64,000 nucleotides of DNA from an uncultured Rivularia sp. (lineage in GTDB: Bacteria; Cyanobacteriota; Cyanobacteriia; Cyanobacteriales; Nostocaceae): contig OY762007.1 of the NCBI GenBank assembly GCA_963665115.1, positions 2,720,001-2,784,000 of the forward strand, given 5' to 3'. Below, piece after piece: positions 55,891-64,000 of this stretch. The notes beneath the pieces are model-generated. The model saw only the letters and a list, made by a program, of their open reading frames with translations, searched no databases and had not been told where the DNA came from. The position numbers and the translations under genes were made by a program. The number at the start of each line of letters is the position of its first letter. Position 1 is the first letter of the stretch.

Positions 55891-55978
55891 AGTTAATATT
55901 GGTTAACAATTAGCTCCTAAGTAACTACGAAAATTCTATCCCCGAACAACTTGCGTAACCTGCATTTAATGATATTAA

Positions 55979-56953
55979 TTAGCGTTTAGACTTTTCAATC
56001 ATAGAGAGCCATTCCTCCATCTCAAGAGGTTGTTGCCAATTAAACATGAGTACTATAAAATCATCAATTTGCTGCTCGTTTAACTGTTTGAGTTGACTAA
56101 CTATTTGTGGCGTAAGAGACGAAGCGCTAAACTTAGCCCGAATTATATTACTTGCCGACTCAATCTTACCTTCTAACCTAGCTTTGTTAATTTCAGCTTC
56201 ATACCAAGCATCGATTTCTTGCATCGTTTTCATAAAATCTTCCTCTTCTGGAGTTAAGCTATCAGTAGGTATATCTTTTAGGTAAACACAGTATTTGATA
56301 CATGCACTTATTATATCGTTTTTTTCCCTGCGGTCTTGAGATAACTGGTTGATTGATTCAAAAGCCATCTGAGCAGTTTTTTTATTTCCCAACATTTTCA
56401 ACCACATCGTTTCTGGACTATCTATCAGTTGCTCAATAATCACAATTCCCATCCGCAAAATTGGTGAAAGTCGATACACACCTACACCCAATTCTTCTGC
56501 TGGTTGAGCGTTACATAATATCAATAGTTTTTCACTGCAATTAACCGTGAGAATCCAGGTAAATGGATTTTGATTTTCAATTTGTTTTTTTGCTTCCTTC
56601 GACAGTCGCTCTCGACTTGTTAATTCCGATTTGGTTTTGGCGTTTTCTAGTAGTTCTTTCTGCTTTCTATCCCAGTACAAATTCTTTCTAGTAATCGATT
56701 TATTAATATCGGTTTCTTCTAAATATGAACTGTAATGTTCAATAATGAGAGTCGAATGCTGTTGCATTAACAAGTCGAATAAACCTAAATTTTCCTTCTC
56801 CCACCCGGACTTTTCTCGCTCGACTGTAAACATTAAATCAATTTCTAGGTCTTCATCATTACGGACTTGAATGTTTTGTAGAGTTTCCCCTTTAGTTTTA
56901 TATAAAGACTGGATATAAAACTTGAAGAAGCGGTCATGTTTGTACTGAGCCAT
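55979..56953 (-). CDS. Hypothetical protein, Rpn/PD-(D/E)XK-like with DUF4351-like C-terminus
   Basis: HDRFFK, EIDL, IIEH, PETMWLKML, ARLEGKIE...LEMEEWL. Confidence 0.55.
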   Translation of the reverse strand: MAQYKHDRFFKFYIQSLYKTKGETLQNIQVRNDEDLEIDLMFTVEREKSGWEKENLGLFDLLMQQHSTLIIEHYSSYLEETDINKSITRKNLYWDRKQKELLENAKTKSELTSRERLSKEAKKQIENQNPFTWILTVNCSEKLLILCNAQPAEELGVGVYRLSPILRMGIVIIEQLIDSPETMWLKMLGNKKTAQMAFESINQLSQDRREKNDIISACIKYCVYLKDIPTDSLTPEEEDFMKTMQEIDAWYEAEINKARLEGKIESASNIIRAKFSASSLTPQIVSQLKQLNEQQIDDFIVLMFNWQQPLEMEEWLSMIEKSKR

Positions 56954-57092
56954 TTAAATTTCTTTAGCCCTTGGCGTAGCTCTCATGTCGTGAACAGTAA
57001 TTTTAACTTATTACGAGTGCAGCAGCTAATTTATGGAGAAATGTTATAACGAAAATTAAGCATTCAAAAACAGTCAAAATTGCATTCTCACC

Positions 57093-57187
57093 AAAGCCGA
57101 TGGGCATTCCGATAATTAAAATACAGCCAGGAGTTAACTTTTTGAAACTTCAAAGGATTTATTGCAGACGCGATCGCACTTTCAATC
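57093..57187 (-). pseudogene. Degraded duplicate fragment of coaR (CbiC-like region)
   Basis: 57093-57143 equals 60185-60212 joined to 60288-60310; 57170-57187 resembles the sequence at 60504-60525. Confidence 0.7.
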
Positions 57188-57249
57188 AAAACCACAAAAA
57201 GCGATGGAGTTTGGAAAAAATGTGCAATCGCACTCTGCATAATTACAAA

Positions 57250-59535
57250 TTAGTGTCTTGCTAGACGGATATAGCGAGAAGGGTTGTTTACGCTATAGTT
57301 GACGATAGCGTGAAATGTTCCAGCGTAAATACCGTCACCATCCACATCACCGTCATTATCCGTAAGATAATTAGATTGTGACAAATATACTCTCCCATTT
57401 TCAACTTTCTCTACAATCGCAACGTGACCATAGTTTCCACCAAAATACTGAGCTACGTCACCGACTTGAGGAGTTTCATTAGAATTTAAAACTCTTGCAC
57501 CATTTTTGCGAACTCCCCCCCATTGCTTCGCGTTCTGTTGTCCAGGTGGCAATAGTATATCCTCTGGTGTAAAACCTAATTCTTTTAAACGACCGTAGGC
57601 ATACCAAGTACAATTACCCTCTTTTTTATAAGAGTTATGACCTAATACGGTAGAACCTAATCCATTTCTAGCAAAGGGATTTCCTTGCTGCATATAAAAC
57701 TGAGGACGGTCTCTAAAGTATTGCGCTCCCTGAACTGCTAGCAGTGGTGAACCTCCTCCAAATGTCCACTCCCCAAATTCTCGCCACTCAGTCCAAGCCT
57801 CCGTTGGATTTGTCACAAAACGTGTATAGAATTTGCCATCAGTACCCTCAATATGTTGGAATAGTGTGTTCTTAAATATTGTCAAAGTCGGTGTACCCAA
57901 GCTCTCACCATTGCGTTCCCAAATTGTCCAATTATTTCCGTCAGAAGTTGAGCGAGTATATATTCCTTGGTCTTCACCACGTACAGTTTGGTAAAGACGA
58001 CCATTAAATTCCTCTAACTCAGGTGTACCCAAGCTGGCACCATTGCGTTCCCAAATTGTCCAATTATTTCCGTCAGAAGTTGAGCGAGTGTATACTCCTT
58101 GGTCTTCACCACGTACAGTTTGGTAAAGACGATTGTTAAATACCTCTAACTCAGCTGCATCCAAGCTGGCACCATTGCGTTCCCAAATTGTCCAATTATT
58201 TCCGTCAGAAGTTGAACGAGTATATACTCCGTTATCTTCACCACGTACAGTTTGGTAAAGACGATTGTTAAATACCTCTAACTCAGCTGCATCCAAGCTG
58301 GTACCATTGCGTTCCCAGATTGTCCAATTATTTCCGTCAGAAGTTGAGCGAGTGTATACTCCGTTATCTTCACCACGTACAGTTTGGTAAAGACGATTGT
58401 TAAATACCTCTAACTCAGCTGCATCCAAGCTGGTACCATTGCGTTCCCAAATTGTCCAATTATTGCCGTCAGAAGTTGAGCGAGTGTATACTCCGTTATC
58501 TTCACCACGTACAGTTTGGTAAAGACGATTGTTAAATACCTCTAACTCAGGTGTATCCAAAGTCCCACCATTAACTTCCCAGTTCGTCCAGTTCCCATCA
58601 GAACTGTAGCGAGTATACACTCCATTATGTTTATCACGCATAGTTTGATAAAGCCGATTGTTAAAAGCGATCGCCTCAACCTTTGACATTTCAATTGTCA
58701 AACTTTCACTGTCAATATTAACGGTTGCATAATCGTTCTCCGCTTTCATAATAGATAAATCAATTGCGTTCAAAGATTGTTTTTGAACAATTGTTTGGAA
58801 AATATCCCCTTCATCCCCAGCAGCATCAACAAGATTAATCCGAGAATCAACCGCGTGTCCAATCTCTTCTAATAAAACACTTTTAATTCCGTCAATATTG
58901 CCAGCATTTCGCTCGACGAAACCTTGAGACAAATAGATGGTATCGGTCTTAAATGCATAAGCACCATTTGCACCAACTACATCTAAATCCCCAGATATTT
59001 TTATTTGGGGTAAATCACCAAAATTTCCTTTCGACCAGCTTTGCTGTAGCTCAGATACAGTCTTCGTATCCCAACTTGTACCGAAGGCTGTATTCATCGA
59101 AGCCGTAAAATCTGAACTTGCTGCAAATCCTTGTAATGACGCTTGTACTTCCTGTACTACGTCATTAATAATGCTGCCATAGCTACTACTACGACCATTA
59201 GTAATTAAATCATCTGCAATCTCGTGATTAGAATTAATACCAAATGATGTTCCCAGAATTTCATCAATATTAGAATGATTAGCTAATGGAGTTGAAGTAT
59301 TTTTGGTAGAAGAAATTACCGGATCAAATATATTACCAATATCTGAAATATCTTCAGCAGTATAATCCCCCTGGTTTTCCCCGATATCAATCAGCGTGTC
59401 ACCCGCTGAATGCATCATTTGGTCTGAGCTAAATTCTTTATTATCCGTTTGGAAAGGGTCTGATGAATTACTAAAAGGCTGATTTGAAGATGCATCTAAA
59501 GTTTGATTATTAAATATTGGCTGTTCTTCCAGCAT
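57250..59535 (-). CDS. CHAP-domain (putative peptidoglycan hydrolase) protein with beta-propeller-like repeats
   Basis: GNCTWYAYGR...GHVAIVE...SQSN CHAP motifs; 44-aa repeats; N-terminal LLEEIGH domain. Confidence 0.8.
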   Translation of the reverse strand: MLEEQPIFNNQTLDASSNQPFSNSSDPFQTDNKEFSSDQMMHSAGDTLIDIGENQGDYTAEDISDIGNIFDPVISSTKNTSTPLANHSNIDEILGTSFGINSNHEIADDLITNGRSSSYGSIINDVVQEVQASLQGFAASSDFTASMNTAFGTSWDTKTVSELQQSWSKGNFGDLPQIKISGDLDVVGANGAYAFKTDTIYLSQGFVERNAGNIDGIKSVLLEEIGHAVDSRINLVDAAGDEGDIFQTIVQKQSLNAIDLSIMKAENDYATVNIDSESLTIEMSKVEAIAFNNRLYQTMRDKHNGVYTRYSSDGNWTNWEVNGGTLDTPELEVFNNRLYQTVRGEDNGVYTRSTSDGNNWTIWERNGTSLDAAELEVFNNRLYQTVRGEDNGVYTRSTSDGNNWTIWERNGTSLDAAELEVFNNRLYQTVRGEDNGVYTRSTSDGNNWTIWERNGASLDAAELEVFNNRLYQTVRGEDQGVYTRSTSDGNNWTIWERNGASLGTPELEEFNGRLYQTVRGEDQGIYTRSTSDGNNWTIWERNGESLGTPTLTIFKNTLFQHIEGTDGKFYTRFVTNPTEAWTEWREFGEWTFGGGSPLLAVQGAQYFRDRPQFYMQQGNPFARNGLGSTVLGHNSYKKEGNCTWYAYGRLKELGFTPEDILLPPGQQNAKQWGGVRKNGARVLNSNETPQVGDVAQYFGGNYGHVAIVEKVENGRVYLSQSNYLTDNDGDVDGDGIYAGTFHAIVNYSVNNPSRYIRLARH
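57895..58670 (-). repeat. 132-bp coding tandem repeat (44 aa, about 6 copies)
   Basis: tggtaaagacgattgttaaatacctc recurs at 58121, 58253, 58385 and 58517. Confidence 0.92.
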
Positions 59536-60016
59536 GATTATATATATTCCATAACTTACAAACCCAAGATAAATTTATCTATTTCGATTTGTCAGGATTA
59601 AAAGGAAAAAATCATGCCATCTTCAATTACTCTTGTGAATTAAGTATTTCCTATGTCTAATAATCAACTCACTTTGAAAATAAATAATTTACTAGTGATT
59701 ATATTTCCAGTGCTTTTACATAAGAGCAACATAATAACAATATAAAAGCAATATCTATATTCATTACATTTCATATCAAATAGCATTTAAACCTACATCA
59801 AAAGAACAAACAATACTAACGTAAATTAAGAGCCTCTATACTCAAATCAGTAATTTACCTTAAAGGGTGTTTGAAAAGTTAGGTTTGCGAAAAAATCCGC
59901 TAACTAAGTTTTTTGCTCTCTTCTTCTCTTACCTATATGGTATCCCAATCCGTCAAAGTCTTATATCATCTTGGTTTCTGCTTAAATTGGAATGATACTT
60001 TTACAACCGCTTCCAA

Positions 60017-61183
60017 TTAATCACCTTTCCCCAAATAACAATGACATAATGGCTTCTCAATCAAGGACTCCATCAAACTATTAATCGCGACTGCGGCTAA
60101 TAAACCCCCGCCAATAGTACCAACGGTGGTAATGTAATTTACCTCAGAAGCCATTAACCGCCGTTTGGCTGCTGGAGCATGACTAAAGCCGATGGGCATT
60201 CCGATAATTAAAGATGGTTGCAGCAGTTTTTGTTCGACGAGTTTTAAAGCAGATATCAGCACTGATGGCGCGTAACCGATAATTAAAATACAGCCAGGAG
60301 TTAACTTTTTTAAACCCTCGCGCCATTCTTGATGTTGCCAAAATTGATTTTCGGCTTCTGAAGCAGTGTAAACATGGGGGTCATTGATTAATATATTGAC
60401 TTTTGTGCCTAAATATGTTGCTCTGGTATGGTCGAGAGCAGCAGAAACTGGGGGAATATCTACAACTATTTCGCAGTTATTTTTCAGAGCATCTCTTGAT
60501 GAGGCGATCGCACTTTGACTCAATCGGATAAAGTCTACTAAACTAACATCACCAGAAGCTAATACAAGTTTGCTAAGTAAATCTCTTTCAATTTCATTTT
60601 TATTCGATAAATCCGGTAACAACTGCTGTAACGATTCGTCGAAGTCTTCCGGATGAGCTTCCACGGCTGCGTCTAAACCTTGCCAAAGTTTTTCTAATTT
60701 TTTAGTCCCCAAACTAGATTCGATTTCTAAATGTTGTAATTGTGCGAGTGCTTCTGCTTGGATATGTTGACAATGCTTATCTCTACCTAACAAACCTTCT
60801 AAAGCCGATGCTGTTTTTCGCAACCGCGATAGTTGTTCGATGACAGATTGGTATTGCTGCTGTAGTTGAGCGGTAATCGTATCTAAATTATCTGGTTCGG
60901 GATTATTTGCTAATAATTTTTGAATGTGGTCTAGTTGAAAACCTTGAGATTTTAGTGCAACGATTCGTCGTAAAAATTGCACGTTTTTATCGGTATAAAG
61001 GCGATAGTTACCTTCAGAGCGTTCAGCTTCAGGTAATAAACCTAACTTGTGATAATGTCTCACCATTCTGGGAGTCAAACCACCACCAACTTCTTGAGTA
61101 AGTTGTTTGATTGTTAGGTGTTTGTTTTTGATTTCTTCGCTCGGATTAATCTGAGCGGTATTATTTTCAGATTTGTTGTTCAT
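60017..61183 (-). CDS. coaR: Cobalt-responsive MerR-family regulator fused to a precorrin isomerase (CbiC/CobH)-like domain
   Basis: MVRHYHKLGLLP...RSEGNYRLY; IGYAPS, IIGMPIGF; C-terminal CHC motif; divergent from a P1B-4 ATPase. Confidence 0.88.
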   Translation of the reverse strand: MNNKSENNTAQINPSEEIKNKHLTIKQLTQEVGGGLTPRMVRHYHKLGLLPEAERSEGNYRLYTDKNVQFLRRIVALKSQGFQLDHIQKLLANNPEPDNLDTITAQLQQQYQSVIEQLSRLRKTASALEGLLGRDKHCQHIQAEALAQLQHLEIESSLGTKKLEKLWQGLDAAVEAHPEDFDESLQQLLPDLSNKNEIERDLLSKLVLASGDVSLVDFIRLSQSAIASSRDALKNNCEIVVDIPPVSAALDHTRATYLGTKVNILINDPHVYTASEAENQFWQHQEWREGLKKLTPGCILIIGYAPSVLISALKLVEQKLLQPSLIIGMPIGFSHAPAAKRRLMASEVNYITTVGTIGGGLLAAVAINSLMESLIEKPLCHCYLGKGD

Positions 61184-61189
61184 GCCAAT

Positions 61190-61231
61190 ATTTTAAACCT
61201 TGACATTGATGTTAAGGTCAAGATTTAGTCT
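61190..61231. promoter_or_regulatory. CoaR operator with overlapping divergent 20-bp-spacer promoters
   Basis: Plus strand TTGACA(61200)-20-TAGTCT; minus strand TTGACC-20-TAAAAT; dyad CCTTGACATTGATGTTAAGG. Confidence 0.75.
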
Positions 61232-61262
61232 ATAAGCGGTTATGCGGTAAAACCAATCATAA

Positions 61263-61886
61263 TTAATTGGTTCGTAGTTGCGCTTTAACGCCAAATATTT
61301 AGGGTTCAAGCCCTTTACGTACAAACAATAATTTACCCATCAGAATTTATGGGACAAACCATTAGTACTCATCAATTTGATTTGAAACCGAATAATCCTC
61401 TAAACTCTCTTCCTCTGTCTTGGAAAGTTGCTCATGGGGGAAACAAACCCCCAAGACCGCACTTTCCGCTGCGCTCTTTGCGTTCTCTGCGGTTTTTTAT
61501 CATAAGAGTTTATAACCCCGCAAAATTAATGTGGTGAAATATTAGTAGTCCTTTTCATTTGTTTTAATGGGTTGTAGAGACGTAGCAGTGCTACGTCTCC
61601 CGACGTTAGGTCGAAAACGAACCCCTCAGAATTTATGAAAAGGACTATTAGTACTTCACCACATTAATTCTGAGGGGTACGTAGTTGCGCTTCAGCGCCT
61701 CATATTCCGGTATCCGGAGGCGCTGAAGCGCAACTACGAACAATTATTAACCCCGCAAAATTAATGTGGTTGGGTATTAGTAGTCCGTCCCACAAGTTTT
61801 GATGGGTAATTAAGGTTTGTGGTTGAACAGTTTTCACCTCCTTATGCTATATGTTTGGCGCTAAAGCGCAACTACGAACTAATTAA
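61263..61886. mobile_element. Train of TA-joined TIR cassettes enclosed by an inverted REP pair
   Basis: TA junctions at 61363, 61543, 61649 and 61778; unit 61545-61648 is the 104-bp type B; outer REPs 61263-61298 and 61851-61886 are mutually inverted. Confidence 0.75.
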
Positions 61887-61894
61887 ACATGATA

Positions 61895-61926
61895 TTGACA
61901 TTGACATTAATGTCAAGGTTTAGAGT
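61895..61926 (+). promoter_or_regulatory. Second CoaR operator/promoter directly upstream of coaT
   Basis: TTGACA-20 bp (TTGACATTAATGTCAAGGTT)-TAGAGT; perfect dyad TTGACATTAATGTCAA. Confidence 0.8.
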
Positions 61927-61957
61927 AAGAATCACATTTATTCGCTGATTCTGAACC

Positions 61958-63896
61958 ATGACTAGTTATTCCTTGAGAAAAACTGATTTAAGAAAACTAA
62001 TTTCACAACACCCAGATGCTGTAGCAGCAATTATGTGTGCTGTACTTTTACTCTTCGGTTGGTTGTGTTTGCAGTTTAGTTGGATTGGATTGGCTTTACT
62101 AATTTTGTGTGCAGCTTATGTAATTGGGGGTTACGAAAGTGCCAAAGAGGGATTGACGACTCTATTTCAGGAAAAAGAATTCGATGTTGATTTATTGATG
62201 ATAGTAGCAGCTTTGGGGGCTGCATTTTTAGGACTTTGGCGACGGGAATATCATCTGATTGTTGATGGTGCGGTGTTAATTCTGATTTTTGCTATTAGTG
62301 GTGCGTTGGAAGGTTACGCTATGCAGAGAACAAACAACGCTATTAGCAGTTTGATGGGATTGACACCGGATACTGCGAGGCTAATATTGCATGGTGAGGA
62401 AAGACAGGTTGCCATTGATAAATTAGCTATCAATGACGAAATCTTGGTTAAACCGGGAGAGTTGATTCCTACTGACGCTGTGATTATCCAAGGTGCGAGC
62501 AATCTTAACGAAGCTTCTATCACTGGAGAATCTTTACCTGTAGAAAAAACTGTTGGGGATGAAGTTTTTGCTGGCACAATTAATGGTACAGGAGCTTTGA
62601 TACTCAGAGTTCACCAACCACCGGAAAGTAGTTTGATTCAAAGAGTAATTCGCTTAGTAAAGCAAGCTCAAACCGAAGCACCACCATCTCAAATCTTTGT
62701 AGAAAATTTAGAACGCAATTACGCCAAAGTAATAGTAGTATGCGGAATTTTATTAGCGGTTTTACCACCTTTTATTTTTAATTGGGATTGGGAAACTACT
62801 ATTTACAAAGCTTTAATTTTTTTAGTAGTGGCTTCTCCATGTGCGTTAATGGCTGCTATCATGCCTGCATTATTATCGGGAATTGCTAATGGAGCGCGAG
62901 GGGGTATCTTATTTAAAGGAGGAGCAGTTTTAGAATTGGTAGGTAAAGTTAAAGCGATCGCCTTTGATAAAACTGGAACTCTGACGACAGGAGAAACCCC
63001 AAGTTATCGATATTATGGCAGTTGATGGGGATGAAAACCAAATTCTATCAGTTGCTGCTGCGGTAGAAGTTTATTCAGAGCATCCCATTGGTAAAGCAAT
63101 TGTCCAAGCTGCTAAGGATAAAAATTTGAATTTAGCACCTGTTAATAACGTAGTTTCTCATACAGGTTTTGGTATTAGTGGTGAAATTGAGGACATATAT
63201 ATTAAAGTTGGTAATGCTAAATTTATTCAATCAGATTCTGATTTACCCGCAGATTTAGTTGCCAAAAGCCAAAAATTAGAAACACAAGGTAAAACAATCG
63301 TTTGGGTTACTGATAACGAGAAAATATTAGGAATTATTGCCGTTGCCGATACAATACGTCCTGAAGCTGCAACAACTATTCAGCGTTTGAAACAAATCGG
63401 CATTCAAAATATTATCGTTGTCAGTGGCGATCGCCAATTAACCACTAACTACATTGCCCAACAGTTGGGTATTTCCGAAGTTTACGCCGAATTGCTCCCA
63501 GAAGATAAAGTAACTGTAATTCGTCGCTTAAAAAGACAATATCAAACAGTTGCAATGGTCGGAGATGGTATAAATGATGCCCCTGCTCTAGCAACAGCAT
63601 CCGTGGGAATAGCGATGGGAACTACAGGTAGCGATATCGCTTTAGAAACAGCAGATATCGTATTAATGGCAGACCGTTTAGAAAAATTAGTTGCTACAAT
63701 TAATCTCGGTCGTCGTGCAATTAGAGTTATCAAACAAAACATTATCTTTGCTTTGTGCAGTATTGGTTTGTTACTGGTTGCCAATTTTGCCACTGGTATT
63801 AATCTTCCTTTGGGAGTAATTGGACACGAAGGCTCTACAGTGTTGGTTACTTTGAGTGGTTTACGGTTGTTGAGAAATGCTAAATGCTTCCGTTAG
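61958..63896 (+). CDS. coaT: P1B-4 type heavy-metal (cobalt) exporting ATPase; one apparent frameshift (62994-62996)
   Basis: TGES, SPC, DKTGTLT, SEHP, GDGINDAP, HEGS; no N-terminal metal-binding domain; 645 aa after removing one A. Confidence 0.88.
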
Positions 63897-64000
63897 TGAA
63901 TTAGGAATTAAAAAATTGGCGTTGCTGATTAAAAGTATGATTTGCCCCCCAACCCCCAATTCTGGGGGAGAAAAACAATTCAAAGTCCCCCAATTTTGGG

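Noticed and set aside
57895..58670. Possible CRISPR or non-coding repeat array
   Set aside because: The 132-bp period is an in-frame coding repeat with no unique spacers.
61349..61537. 62-aa ORF between coaR and coaT
   Set aside because: It lies wholly within repeat cassettes and has no recognisable protein features or RBS.

Overview
AT-rich chromosomal DNA from a filamentous, probably heterocyst-forming cyanobacterium (Nostocales/Rivularia-like; inferred from psbA, abundant HIP1 GCGATCGC and heptamer STRR tracts). Housekeeping genes (psbA, hinT-like, comM/yifB-like, smc) are mixed with three nutrient/metal modules. (1) Phosphate: pstSCAB plus two large choice-of-anchor-I/DUF4114 phosphatase-like proteins, one a ~2,400-aa nuclease/5'-nucleotidase fusion. 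(2) Zinc starvation, marked by Zur-type boxes: znuABC, a porin, Zn-independent hemB, folE, a degenerate G3E-like P-loop protein, an unusual metallophosphoesterase pair, and a distant flavin monooxygenase. (3) Cobalt: a coaR/coaT divergon with a duplicated operator. Intergenic DNA carries several repeat families, notably trains of ~100-180 bp TIR-bounded cassettes joined through shared TA dinucleotides and carrying REP-like hairpins, plus a tnpB remnant. Nine frameshifts are all small homopolymer expansions, mostly at GGGCC/GGCCC or GAAC; they are most likely sequencing errors, so those genes are merged here. No rRNA, tRNA or CRISPR array was seen. Family calls come from motif recognition only; no database searches were run.
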